Origin: an uncultured delta proteobacterium
GTDB lineage: Bacteria; Desulfobacterota; Binatia; Binatales; Binataceae
Assembly: GCA_963724765.1 (NCBI GenBank)
Contig: CAVRVY010000004.1
Location: forward strand, 1,056,001-1,120,000
Reading direction: 5' to 3'
Length of the DNA: 64,000 nucleotides
In this document: piece by piece, positions 10,560 to 21,604 of the stretch
Layout: each line of letters starts with the position of its first letter
Position numbering within the stretch: position 1 is the stretch's first letter
Notes under the pieces: generated by a model
Told to the model about the DNA's origin: nothing
Database searches by the model: none
What the model saw: the letters and a program-made list of their open reading frames with translations, nothing else
Program-made: the position numbers and the translations under genes

Positions 10560-11501
10560 ATGACGACCGATGAACGAATTCAGCAGGCCGCGAAGAAGTA
10601 CCGCAACTGGGGAAAATGGGGCAAGGATGACCAGCTCGGAACGCTGAACTACATCACGCCGGAAAAAATTATCCAGGCCGCTCGCCTGGTGCGCGCAGGC
10701 CGCGTTGTCTCATTGGCGTTACCCTACGATTCCAAGGGGCCGCAGACCGGAGCCTGGGGCAGAGTCAATCCGGTTCACACCTTCGTTTTGACCGGCACGG
10801 ATGCCGCGGCGGGCGTTCAACCGTTCCCGCATGGAATTGGCGCGGCGGACGACGCCGTCACGATGTTTTTGCAGTGCGGAACGCAATGGGATGCCCTGGC
10901 CCATATATTCGACTACGGCAAGATGTGGAACGGACAAAATGCCGCCAGGGTCAGCGCGCGCGGCGCCGAAGTCAACGGGATCGAAAAGATGGCTGAGAAA
11001 ATCGTCAGCCGCGGAGTGTTACTCGATATCGCCCGCTTCAAAAGACTCGAAGCCCTTGCGCCGGGCTATCCGGTGACCGAACAGGATCTGACCGCCTGCG
11101 CCGCGGCGGAAGATGTGAAGGTCGGGCGTGGCGACATCGTGCTGGTTCGCACGGGGCAGCTAGGTTACTGCAAGAAAAACGGATGGGGCACGTTTGCCGC
11201 CGGCGACGCTCCGGGGCTTTCCTTCAGCACCGCGGATTGGCTTTACCGGACCGAGATCGCCGGCATCGCCAGCGATACCTGGGGGCTGGAAGTGCGGCCC
11301 AACGAACTGCCCGACGCTTTTCAGCCACTGCACCAGGTAATGATCCCCAATATCGGTCTGTTGGTGGGCGAGATTTTCGATCTCGAGAAGATCGCCGACG
11401 ATTGCGCCGCCGATAAAGTTTACGAATTCATGTTCGTCGCTCCGCCGCTTCCGATAACCGGTGCGGTCGGATCGCCGATAAACCCTCAGGCGATCAAATG
11501 A
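10560..11501 (+). CDS. cyclase-family metal-dependent hydrolase (kynurenine formamidase-like)
   Basis: NWGKWGKDDQLGTLN, GTQWDALAH, RGVLLDI, GDIVLVRTG, GAVGSPINPQAIK. Confidence 0.9.
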   Translation: MTTDERIQQAAKKYRNWGKWGKDDQLGTLNYITPEKIIQAARLVRAGRVVSLALPYDSKGPQTGAWGRVNPVHTFVLTGTDAAAGVQPFPHGIGAADDAVTMFLQCGTQWDALAHIFDYGKMWNGQNAARVSARGAEVNGIEKMAEKIVSRGVLLDIARFKRLEALAPGYPVTEQDLTACAAAEDVKVGRGDIVLVRTGQLGYCKKNGWGTFAAGDAPGLSFSTADWLYRTEIAGIASDTWGLEVRPNELPDAFQPLHQVMIPNIGLLVGEIFDLEKIADDCAADKVYEFMFVAPPLPITGAVGSPINPQAIK

Positions 11502-11630
11502 GCGGCCGGTTGAGACGACTTATTTCAGTTGGCTGAGTATCGTGATAGTTGACGATCCAAATCCGCGGAGATATTTTCTCCGTCGCAAAAGCTCAATCTG
11601 TCAATTCCGAAGCGTTCAGGAATACTTGAT

Positions 11631-11756
11631 ATGGCAAGTCCAACAAATTGGTTAATCCTCGAGCTGGTAGTTCTAGCCGTGGTAGGGGTGGTAGCGCTTT
11701 TCGTGGCCGTCGCAGCCGGCAAGCAGAGCAAGCTGACCGGAATCAACGGACAGTGA
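11631..11756 (+). CDS. putative 41-aa single-pass membrane protein
   Basis: Below the track cutoff; MASPTNWLILELVVLAVVGVVALFVAVAAGKQSKLTGINGQ, one TM helix followed by basic residues; AGGA upstream. Confidence 0.45.
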   Translation: MASPTNWLILELVVLAVVGVVALFVAVAAGKQSKLTGINGQ

Positions 11757-11774
11757 TTCCCGATCCGGATTGAC

Positions 11775-12383
11775 TTAGCCAGGGGCGCGGTCGAGGCGCT
11801 GGCGAAGAAGATCGATCATGCGATGCGCGATAACCGCCGGCGCATCGCCGCCCGGATGATACCAGACGTGCGACCAGTTGAGTCCGCCCATCAGCAGCAG
11901 CCGCAGGTAGCGGCGGTCGGCGTCCTCGGGCAACGCAAGCGCGTCTATCAACTCGCGAAAGCGCGCCTCGTACTGATCGCGTAGCTCGAGCAGACGCTCG
12001 GCGACTTTGCCGCCCTCGGGCGGCAGCACCCGAATCATCACCTGCGTGTAATCGCTCAACTCGAGCAGCGCCTCGAGATGCGCGGTGCATCCGGCTTCCA
12101 GCCGCTCCCACGCCGTGTCGCGCCCGGCCACTGCGGCGTCGACCCGCTCTGCGATATGGCGCAGGCCCTCCTCGTAGACCGCCAGCAGCAACTCTTCCTT
12201 GGATGGAAAGTGGTAGTAGATGGAGCCCGAAAGCATCCCGACTGCTCGCGCGATGTCCCGCATCGAGGTGACATGGTAGCCACGCTCGCGGAACAGACGG
12301 GCTGCGACGTCAAGCAGTTGCTGACGGCGGTTGTCCTGGCGGGGAGCGCGGAGCGCGGAATTGGTGGAAGTCGAAGCGCTCAT
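11775..12383 (-). CDS. TetR/AcrR family transcriptional regulator (KstR2-like)
   Basis: LLDVAARLFRERGYHVTSMRDIARAVGMLSGSIYYHFPSKEELL HTH; C-terminal LNWSHVWYHPGG. Confidence 0.93.
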   Translation of the reverse strand: MSASTSTNSALRAPRQDNRRQQLLDVAARLFRERGYHVTSMRDIARAVGMLSGSIYYHFPSKEELLLAVYEEGLRHIAERVDAAVAGRDTAWERLEAGCTAHLEALLELSDYTQVMIRVLPPEGGKVAERLLELRDQYEARFRELIDALALPEDADRRYLRLLLMGGLNWSHVWYHPGGDAPAVIAHRMIDLLRQRLDRAPG

Positions 12384-12494
12384 CTATACGCCGATATCGC
12401 CCGCCGGTTTAGCCGTCGCCGGATAGCACCCGCGACCGCCCCGGTTTGGCAGCTCAAGAGCGCCGTTGGTGCTATCGGCTTCGTGCTATCCGGC

Positions 12495-13520
12495 TCAGCC
12501 GGCCGCCGCCGCGCTTTGATTATAGGTGCGGCCGTCGGCGGTTGGGTCAAACCCCAGAGCGCTTAAATGCGACTTGATGCGATCGTTCAACAGTCCCACC
12601 TTGTCCATGTTGGCGACGACCTGCTGATGCATGTCGCGGCGGAAGAGCTGGCGGAACATCGTTTGCTCGGTGCCCTTGGCGACCTCTTGCCGATAGCGCT
12701 CGATTCCGTTGACTTCGGCCTTGTTGAAGCCCACCGCTTCGTAGGCGTCGCGCGGGAACTGGCCGCTCATCACCAGCCGCAGCGCTTCCTTGGTGAAGTC
12801 TTCGACCTCGTGGCGCTCGGTCTCGCTGAGTTGCTCGATCTGCTCCGGCAGGCTGATCACCGAGAAGCCCATGTGGCGCGACTCATCGCTCAGGATCTTG
12901 CGGCAGATGACGCTGAGCAGCGGATCCTGCGCGCTCTCGGCGAGCATCCGGAACAGCGACACCGCGAGCGTCTCGGCGACGAGCTGCAGGCCGATGGTCT
13001 TGATGTACCACTTGCTGCTTCCGATCAGTTGATCGAACAGCGACTTGAGGTTGGTGGTCATCGGGTAGACCTTGTTGCCGAGCTTCTCCTTGATGTAGCG
13101 CGCGAGCACTTCGGCGTGGCGCGCCTCGTCGACCACTTGCGTGGTCATGAAGAATTTCGAGTCAGTAGTCGGCACCATCTGGACCAGCTGGCTGCAGGCG
13201 ATCATCGCGCCCGACTCACCATGCAGAAGTTGCGAGAGCCGCCAGGCCGAAAACTCGATATTGAGTTCGCGACGCCGCTTCAGATCGAGCTTTTCCCAGT
13301 AGGGGCTGCCGTATGCGTCGATCAGGCCGTCGTGGAATACGCCGCGATCCGGATCGACCGGCGCGCTCCAATCGATGTCGCGCGAGACGTTCCACTGGTC
13401 ACGCTTGGCATTCTCGTACAGCCGCCGCATATCGGGCGCGTGGACCTCGTAGTCGCGCTGGTAGATAGTCTCGATGGAGCTGGGAATCGCGTGCCACGTC
13501 TCGGTCGTCATCTGAGCCAT
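12495..13520 (-). CDS. ferritin-like diiron carboxylate protein (AurF/desaturase-like fold)
   Basis: Ligand pattern E (HGESGA), DEARH, E (VAETLA), DESRH; N-terminal LYENAKRDQWN..DIDW. Confidence 0.85.
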   Translation of the reverse strand: MAQMTTETWHAIPSSIETIYQRDYEVHAPDMRRLYENAKRDQWNVSRDIDWSAPVDPDRGVFHDGLIDAYGSPYWEKLDLKRRRELNIEFSAWRLSQLLHGESGAMIACSQLVQMVPTTDSKFFMTTQVVDEARHAEVLARYIKEKLGNKVYPMTTNLKSLFDQLIGSSKWYIKTIGLQLVAETLAVSLFRMLAESAQDPLLSVICRKILSDESRHMGFSVISLPEQIEQLSETERHEVEDFTKEALRLVMSGQFPRDAYEAVGFNKAEVNGIERYRQEVAKGTEQTMFRQLFRRDMHQQVVANMDKVGLLNDRIKSHLSALGFDPTADGRTYNQSAAAAG

Positions 13521-13572
13521 TTTGAGAACTCCTGAATTGGATACGGATCGCTGGGGGCGTCCCGTTCGCTAA

Positions 13573-13621
13573 AGCAAACGCTTGTTTGCTATCTATATGA
13601 TCCCATCACAGGCTGTGTCAA
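13573..13621 (-). promoter_or_regulatory. sigma70-like promoter with adjacent palindromic operator for the diiron-TetR operon
   Basis: Minus-strand TTGACA at 13616-13621; 7-4-7 palindrome AGCAAAC-GCTT-GTTTGCT at 13573-13590, just downstream of the likely -10 region. Confidence 0.6.
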
Positions 13622-13677
13622 GGCTCACGATCTATTTGTCATTGTACGGTCAAAACATCCCGCATTCCTTGGCATTT

Positions 13678-14457
13678 TTAACGTCCGCTGAACTTCGCCT
13701 CGCGGCGCTCGAGAAACGCGGCCAGCCCTTCCTTGCGGTCTTCGGTCGCATACAGGAGCCCCATCGCCTGGCGCTCGGCCTCGATACCGGTCTTGAGGCC
13801 GCCGTTTTGCGCAATATCGACCAGCAGCTTCCCGCATCGGAGCCCCACCGGCGGCAGCTTGAGCAGCTTGCGGGCCCACTGCGTCGCGACCTCCAGCGCC
13901 TGGCCCGCCGGTGCGATTTCATTCGCGAGTCCGTGATGGAACGCCTGCTGAGCGGTGAGTGGCTCGCCGGTGTAGATCATCTGTTTGGCGATCGCCGCCG
14001 GCAGCATCCGCGGAAGGCGTTGCGTCCCGCCCGCGCCCGGCAGCAATCCGATCTTTATCTCGGGCACGCCGATGCTTGTGTCTTCGGCAATGATGCGGAA
14101 GTCGCAACACAGGGAAATCTCGCATCCGCCGCCGTAGGCGATTCCATTGATCGCGGCGATCGTCGGGCGGTCGAGATCTTCGATCCCGTTGAAAGCCGTC
14201 TGCACGCCTTCGATAAAGCTCATAAAGTCGGGCGGTCCGCCGACCTTGGTCAGCGCCGCGATGTCGGCGCCGGCGCAGAACGCGCGTCCGTTGCCGGTAA
14301 AAATCACCACGCGCGCTCCCGGGTCAGCGCGCACATCGGCCGCGAGCTTGCGCAAGTCGTCGATCATCTCGGGGTTGATCGCGTTGAGCTTGCCCGGGCG
14401 GTTGAAGCGCACGGTCGCAATGCCGTCCGCACATTCGTATTGCAAGGTCTGGTACAT
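13678..14457 (-). CDS. enoyl-CoA hydratase/isomerase (crotonase family)
   Basis: FNRPGKLNAI, AFCAGADI, GIAYGGGCE, PEIKIGLLPGAGGTQRLPR; GGAGGA RBS before ATG 14457. Confidence 0.93.
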   Translation of the reverse strand: MYQTLQYECADGIATVRFNRPGKLNAINPEMIDDLRKLAADVRADPGARVVIFTGNGRAFCAGADIAALTKVGGPPDFMSFIEGVQTAFNGIEDLDRPTIAAINGIAYGGGCEISLCCDFRIIAEDTSIGVPEIKIGLLPGAGGTQRLPRMLPAAIAKQMIYTGEPLTAQQAFHHGLANEIAPAGQALEVATQWARKLLKLPPVGLRCGKLLVDIAQNGGLKTGIEAERQAMGLLYATEDRKEGLAAFLERREAKFSGR

Positions 14458-14534
14458 TCGCTCCTCCTGTTTCGATCCGGCGTGATTTTTGGTGACGTTC
14501 GGTCTCGCTGGCAAGGCCCACGGCGCGCCGGCGG

Positions 14535-15281
14535 TTAAACCATCGTCAACCCGCCGCTCACCGAGAGCGCCTGCCCGGTGATATACGAGGCGTCACCGGA
14601 GGCCAGAAACGCCACCGCAGCCGCGATATCCGCCGGCTCGCCCAGCCGGCGCATCGGCACCGCGCGCCTAAGCGCCTCGTGCAGCTTGGGATTATTTGCC
14701 GCCAGTTCCTGGAGCATCGGCGTGTTGGTCGGCCCCGGACACACGCAGTTGACGTTGATCCCATGGCGCGCCATCTCGCGCGCCAGCGTTTTGCTGAACG
14801 CGATCACGCCTCCCTTGGCGCCCGAGTAGACCGCCTCGCCGCTCGAGCCGACGCGTCCCGCATCCGAGCTGATCGACACGATTCGTCCACCTCCGCGCGC
14901 GATCATCGAATCGAGCACGGCGCGGCAGCAGTTGATCGGCCCGCGCAGATCGATCGCCAGCACCTTGTCCCAGGTCTCCTCGCTGTTCTGCAGGAACGGC
15001 TCCGCCCTATCCCATCCGGCGTTGTTGACCAGGATGTCGATCGGCCCCAGCCGCCGTTCGGCCTCGGCCACCGCCGCGCGCGCGCTGGCGAGCTTGGCTA
15101 CGTCGATCGCGAGTCCGATCGCGCCGCCGCCGATTTCTTTCGCCGCGGCTTCCGCGCCGGCCTGGTCCAGGTCGGCGAGCGCGACCTTGCATCCCTCCTC
15201 GCGCAAGCGCTGCGCAATTCCTCTGCCGATTCCGCGCCCCGCGCCGGTGACGAATGCGACCTTGCCGCTTAGTCCGCGCAT
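14535..15281 (-). CDS. badH: SDR oxidoreductase, 2-hydroxycyclohexanecarboxyl-CoA dehydrogenase (BadH)-like
   Basis: MRGLSGKVAFVTGAGRGIG, LVNNAGWD, SSDAGRVGSSGEAVYSGAKGG, VSGGLTM are typical of BadH-like SDRs; AGGAGG RBS. The SDR call is firm; the substrate is inferred. Confidence 0.72.
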   Translation of the reverse strand: MRGLSGKVAFVTGAGRGIGRGIAQRLREEGCKVALADLDQAGAEAAAKEIGGGAIGLAIDVAKLASARAAVAEAERRLGPIDILVNNAGWDRAEPFLQNSEETWDKVLAIDLRGPINCCRAVLDSMIARGGGRIVSISSDAGRVGSSGEAVYSGAKGGVIAFSKTLAREMARHGINVNCVCPGPTNTPMLQELAANNPKLHEALRRAVPMRRLGEPADIAAAVAFLASGDASYITGQALSVSGGLTMV

Positions 15282-15515
15282 CTGATGGTTCCTCCTTATA
15301 CAAAACGCGGCGCACGCCGCGCGCGGCGCGATTATAATCCCCGCGCGCCCGCAATGAGAAAGCCGCCGATGTAATAGGCGCGTGTTCTGAGCCGACAGGC
15401 GCCGCGGCTCGGGTGCCGTCGCGCCCTGTGCGCGCGAAGCCAAACTCTGCTAGGAGAGAAGCGTGGGATGCGCCGGCGAGTGTGGGCGCGACCGAACCTG
15501 CGCGGAGGCCACGCG

Positions 15516-16634
15516 ATGAAAGCGATCGATGGTGACAGCCACTTCATGGAACCGATGGATCTGTTCGAGCGCTATATCGATCCGGCCTTTCGCGAGCGCA
15601 CGGTAAAGATGGTCCGCGACCCCGAAAACGGCAAGGCGACGATGCTCGCCGACGGCAAGCCGCTTAAGCTGCGCGACGTCGACCAGATAATGGGCCTGCT
15701 AGTGGCTTACGGAGAAAAAGAGCAGGGCCTCAACGTCGGCAACTTCGACCGCTATCTCGGCTACAGCCAGCAATGGCAGGACATGGACGCGCGCGTGCGC
15801 TTCCTCGACGACGAGGGCTTCGACAAACAGGTGCTCTACCCCAGCCTCGGCATCGTGTGGGAGGGCGAGGTCGAGGACCCCGCGCTCGCCGACGCGCTCT
15901 GCCGCGCCTACAACACCTGGGCCTTCGAGCTGGTCGCCTCGCACAAGGATCGCCTGTTTCCCGCCGCGCACATCTCGATCCGCGATCCCGAACTCGCAGT
16001 GCGCGAGATGGAACGGGTCGCGAAGCTCGGCGCACAGAGCATCTTTGTCTCCTCCGCGCCGGTGCGCGGCCATAGCTTCGGCCATCCCGAATTCGACCTG
16101 GTATGGGCGGCGGCCCAGTCGCTCGACCTCGCGGTCGGCATCCACCTGGTCTCGCAGCGCAACTACACCGGCAGCGCCTGGTACAAGGATCCCAAGCCGG
16201 GACTGATGTACTTCACCATGAGCATCATCCAGGACCCGCGAATGGCGCTGACCACGATGGTGGTCGACGGCGTATTCGAGCGCTTCCCCACGTTGCGCGT
16301 CGCGACGGTCGAGGCGATGGTCGGATGGGTCGGCGAATGGATCGAGCGCCTGGACTATCGCTACTCATACATGGGGCACACCTCGCAGATGAAACGCTCC
16401 ACCGAGGAATACTTCCATCGCAACATCTGGATCAGCGCCGATCCCGAGGAGCGGATGTTCCCCTACATCGTGCAGTTCGCCGGCGACGATCGTTTCTTCA
16501 TCGGCTCGGACTACCCGCACGCCGAGGGTTTCGTGCGCCCGGTGGAGAAGGTGCGCAAGCAGCTTGCCTCGCTACCCAAAGCGTCGGTCGACAAGATTCT
16601 CGAGACCAACGCGCGCAACTTCTACCACATCTGA
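15516..16634 (+). CDS. amidohydrolase family 2 protein
   Basis: IDGDSHFMEP, QVLYPS, CRAYNTW, DGVFERFP.LR, GSDYPHAEG. Confidence 0.9.
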   Translation: MKAIDGDSHFMEPMDLFERYIDPAFRERTVKMVRDPENGKATMLADGKPLKLRDVDQIMGLLVAYGEKEQGLNVGNFDRYLGYSQQWQDMDARVRFLDDEGFDKQVLYPSLGIVWEGEVEDPALADALCRAYNTWAFELVASHKDRLFPAAHISIRDPELAVREMERVAKLGAQSIFVSSAPVRGHSFGHPEFDLVWAAAQSLDLAVGIHLVSQRNYTGSAWYKDPKPGLMYFTMSIIQDPRMALTTMVVDGVFERFPTLRVATVEAMVGWVGEWIERLDYRYSYMGHTSQMKRSTEEYFHRNIWISADPEERMFPYIVQFAGDDRFFIGSDYPHAEGFVRPVEKVRKQLASLPKASVDKILETNARNFYHI

Positions 16635-16679
16635 GCACTACTGCAGCGCGTTTCAGCACGGCGCCTGAAACGTTGTAGA

Positions 16680-18368
16680 ATGGCGAAAGCGAAGGCCGAT
16701 AAATTTTCGGCCTGCAAAGTCGCAAACCGCGACCACAGCGCGCCCCCGATAATGTCAGTGAAATTCGAAACCGACCCGAGCCGCTACCGGCACTGGAAAT
16801 TGGAGACCGCGCGCGACCGCGCGCGGCTGACGATGAAGGTCGATGAAGCCGGCGGCCTCAGCCCGGGTTACGCGCTCAAGCTCAACTCGTACGACCTGGC
16901 GGTGGATATCGAGCTTGCCGACGCGGTAATGCGTCTGCGCTTCGAGCATCCGGGCGTTAGCGTCATCACCATCGACAGCGCGCTCGACGGGATGTTCTGC
17001 GCCGGCGCCAACATCTTCATGCTCGCGCGCGCCGATCATGGCTTCAAGGTCAACTTCTGCAAGTTCACCAACGAAACCCGCCTCGCGATCGAAGACGCGA
17101 CCGCCAACAGCGGCCAGCGCTACGTCGCCGCGCTCAACGGCACGTGCAGCGGCGGCGGATATGAACTGGCGCTCGCCTGCGAGGAGATAATCCTGGTCGA
17201 CGACCGCCGCTCGGCCGTGAGCCTGCCCGAGATCGCATTTCTCGGCGTGCTGCCCGGCACCGGCGGCCTTACCCGCCTGGTCGACAAACGCAAGGTGCGC
17301 CGCGACCTCGCCGACGTCTTCGCCACGCTGGCCGAGGGCGTGCGCGGCGAACGCGCGGTCAAATGGGGCCTGGTCGATGCGATTGCGCCGCGCTCGCGCT
17401 TCAACGAGGCGGTGGCCGAGCGCGTCGCGTCGCTGGTCGATCCGCGGCGAGCGGGACGCGCTGGCGTTACGCTCGACGCACTCGCGCCCGCCGAGAGCGA
17501 GGCCGAGATCCGCTATCGGCATCTCAAGATGCGTCTCGATCGCACTCAGCGTCTGGCCGAGTTGATGATCGAGGGCCCTGCGAACGTGCCGGCAATTCCA
17601 GCCGCGGCGGCGGCGCTCGGGGCTGACTTCTACCCGCTGCGGCTTTTCCGCGAAATCGACGACGCGCTACTGCGCTTGCGCTTCAACTACCCGGAGATCG
17701 GACTGGTGCTGATCAAATCTGCGGGCGACCTCGACCGCGTCGTCGAACTGGACCGCGCGATGTGGGAGCGGCGCGGCGACTGGTTCATCAACGAGACGCT
17801 GTTGCTGATGAAACGCGTGCTCAAGCGCCTCGACCTCACCGCCAAAAGTTTCTTTGCGATTATCGAGCCGGGCTCATGCTTCGCGGGCTCGATGTTCGAG
17901 TTCGCGCTCGGCGCGGACCGTATCTATATGAAGTCGGTCGCCGACGCGCGTATCGCAACCGGAGTGCTCAATGCAGGCGCACTCCCGATGAGCAACGGGC
18001 TAAGCCGCCTCAGCACACGTTTCATCGCCGACCCGGCGCACGCCACGGCGCTCGCCGCCGATTGCACGTTCGACGCTGACGGCGCGTTGGAGGCTGGGTT
18101 GGTGACCGTGGCGCCGGACGAGCTGGATTGGGAAGAGGAGCTACGCCTGGCAATCAGCGAACGGCTCTCGCTCTCGCCCGACGCGCTCACCGGGATGGAA
18201 GCGAGCATCCGCTTTGCCGGGCCGGAGACGATGGAGACGCGGATTTTCGGGCGGCTCTCGGCGTGGCAGAACTGGATCTTCCAGCGCCCCAACGCGGTCG
18301 GCGAGCACGGCGCGCTCAAGCTCTACGGCCAGCCGCAGAGCCCGCAATTCGATTACAGACGCACCTGA
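16680..18368 (+). CDS. boxC: benzoyl-CoA-dihydrodiol lyase / 2,3-epoxybenzoyl-CoA dihydrolase BoxC
   Basis: FETDPSRYRHW, LKLNSYDL.VDIELADA..RLRFEHP, KVNFCKFTNETR, RIFGRLSAWQNWIFQRPNAVG; start may be 16752. Confidence 0.95.
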   Translation: MAKAKADKFSACKVANRDHSAPPIMSVKFETDPSRYRHWKLETARDRARLTMKVDEAGGLSPGYALKLNSYDLAVDIELADAVMRLRFEHPGVSVITIDSALDGMFCAGANIFMLARADHGFKVNFCKFTNETRLAIEDATANSGQRYVAALNGTCSGGGYELALACEEIILVDDRRSAVSLPEIAFLGVLPGTGGLTRLVDKRKVRRDLADVFATLAEGVRGERAVKWGLVDAIAPRSRFNEAVAERVASLVDPRRAGRAGVTLDALAPAESEAEIRYRHLKMRLDRTQRLAELMIEGPANVPAIPAAAAALGADFYPLRLFREIDDALLRLRFNYPEIGLVLIKSAGDLDRVVELDRAMWERRGDWFINETLLLMKRVLKRLDLTAKSFFAIIEPGSCFAGSMFEFALGADRIYMKSVADARIATGVLNAGALPMSNGLSRLSTRFIADPAHATALAADCTFDADGALEAGLVTVAPDELDWEEELRLAISERLSLSPDALTGMEASIRFAGPETMETRIFGRLSAWQNWIFQRPNAVGEHGALKLYGQPQSPQFDYRRT

Positions 18369-18409
18369 AGGATTCGCGCCGCGCTCGGCGCGTGGAGCTT
18401 TATTTAGCC

Positions 18410-19807
<1,398 letters not shown>

Positions 19808-19814
19808 CCGCGCA

Positions 19815-21470
19815 TCAGCCGCGGTCGCGCAGCAGGCGGCGCAGAATCTTGCCGTTGGGAGTCTTGGGCAGCTCCGTCATGAATTCGATCTGATGCGGCA
19901 CCTTGTACGGTGCGATCACGCTGCGCACGTAATTACGGATTTCCTCGGCCAGCGCGTCAGAGCCCGCATGCCCCGCGCGCAGCGCGACGAACGCTTTGAC
20001 GCGAGCGCCGATCTCCGGATCGGGAATTCCGACCACCGCCGCCTCGAGCACTGCCGGATGCTCCAGCAGCGCCGACTCGACCTCCTTGGGCGAAATCAGG
20101 TACGCGCGGCTCTTTATCAGATCGTCGGCGCGCGAGACGTACCAGAAGTAGCCGTCGGCATCGACGTACGCGATGTCCTGCGTGTAGTACCATCCCTCCC
20201 GATTCACCGCGGCCCATCGCGCCGCCGCCTTGCGATAGCCCAACGTAAGCCCGGGATGGCCATTGCGAAACACCAGGTTACCCGGCTCTCCGCGCCTTTG
20301 TTCGTGCCCCTCGTCGTCGAGGACCGTGGCCTCGTAGCCTTTAAGCGGCTTACCCATCGAGCCCGGCCGTATTTCCATCCCGATCCGGTTACCGATGAAA
20401 ATGTGCGTCTCGGTCTGTCCGATGCCGTCGTGGATCGTCACGCCGAAGCGACGGCGGAATTCGTTGAACGTGTCCGCCGGCAGCGCCTCGCCCGCGCTGA
20501 CGCAAACGCGCAATGAGTCGAGCTGGTAGCGCCGCTCCGCGTCAGGCAGCGCGAGCATCATCCTGTAGATCGTCGGCACCGCGGCGAGGATGGTCACGCG
20601 ATGGCGCTCGATGGTCTCGAACGCGGCCTCGGGCGTGAAGCGGCCGTGGGGCACCACGATCGCCGCGCCCTCCATCAGCGGAAAAAGGCATCCGGAGCCG
20701 AGCGGATAAATGAACGACCAGTCCTGCGGCTGATAACAGACGTCGTCCGCGCTCATGCGCACCATCTCGCGGTTGTACGGATCGCCCGCGCCGATTAGCC
20801 ATTGATGGGCCTGCTGGACGCCCTTGGGATCGCCCGTAGTGCCGGAGGTATAGATCACGAATGCCGTCTGCTCGCGATGCGTTCGCGCGGGAGCAAAGTC
20901 GGGCGACGCTTCGGCCATCACGCGCTCCCACTTAAGCGTGCGCCGGCCGTCAACGGCGGCGGCCGCCGCGCCGGCCAGGATGATGTGACGGAGCATCGGT
21001 GTGCGTGCGCTCACCGTCTCGATCGGGCCGAGCAAATCGGGCGTCGAGACGGCGATCACCGCCTCGCTGTTGAGCAGAATTTTCTCGACCTCGTGATCGC
21101 GGAACAGGAAGCTGGTCGGAATCACGATCGCACCGGCCTTAATCGTGCCCAGGATCGCAACCAGCGTGTCGAGACTGGTGCCGAGCCGCAGCATCACGTG
21201 ATCGCCATGGCCGATGCCGAGCGCGCACAACGCGTTGGCGAAGCGGTTGGTGAGCGCGCGAAGGTCGGCGAAGGTATACGCGCGGCCCGCGGCCCATGCG
21301 GCGATGCGTGCACCGCGCCCTTGCGCAACGTGACGATCGATGACGTAGCTCGCGATATTAAGCTGCTCGGGAATTTCGAGATAGCCGCGGACGCCAATTG
21401 GCTTGGAGGTCATCGGAAGCTTCGTTCTGGATGTTTCGTTATGGAGTTCCGTCATGCGGCATGGGAGCAT
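19815..21470 (-). CDS. acyl/aryl-CoA ligase (AMP-binding, benzoate-CoA ligase-like)
   Basis: YTSGTTGDPKG, SAGEALP, DGIGQTE, RADDLIK, LPKTPNGKILR; convergent with boxB; start uncertain (21470, 21455 or 21413). Confidence 0.9.
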   Translation of the reverse strand: MLPCRMTELHNETSRTKLPMTSKPIGVRGYLEIPEQLNIASYVIDRHVAQGRGARIAAWAAGRAYTFADLRALTNRFANALCALGIGHGDHVMLRLGTSLDTLVAILGTIKAGAIVIPTSFLFRDHEVEKILLNSEAVIAVSTPDLLGPIETVSARTPMLRHIILAGAAAAAVDGRRTLKWERVMAEASPDFAPARTHREQTAFVIYTSGTTGDPKGVQQAHQWLIGAGDPYNREMVRMSADDVCYQPQDWSFIYPLGSGCLFPLMEGAAIVVPHGRFTPEAAFETIERHRVTILAAVPTIYRMMLALPDAERRYQLDSLRVCVSAGEALPADTFNEFRRRFGVTIHDGIGQTETHIFIGNRIGMEIRPGSMGKPLKGYEATVLDDEGHEQRRGEPGNLVFRNGHPGLTLGYRKAAARWAAVNREGWYYTQDIAYVDADGYFWYVSRADDLIKSRAYLISPKEVESALLEHPAVLEAAVVGIPDPEIGARVKAFVALRAGHAGSDALAEEIRNYVRSVIAPYKVPHQIEFMTELPKTPNGKILRRLLRDRG

Positions 21471-21604
21471 GCGCGGGCGCTACTCCCATCCATCCCGCGC
21501 CTACGTTATGTTGACAGAACGATTTTCGTCAACGAGACTGCCCGGCGGCTGCCAGCTCCTAACGCGGCAGCGCTAAACGAACGTATTTATCACGGACTCA
21601 ACAG

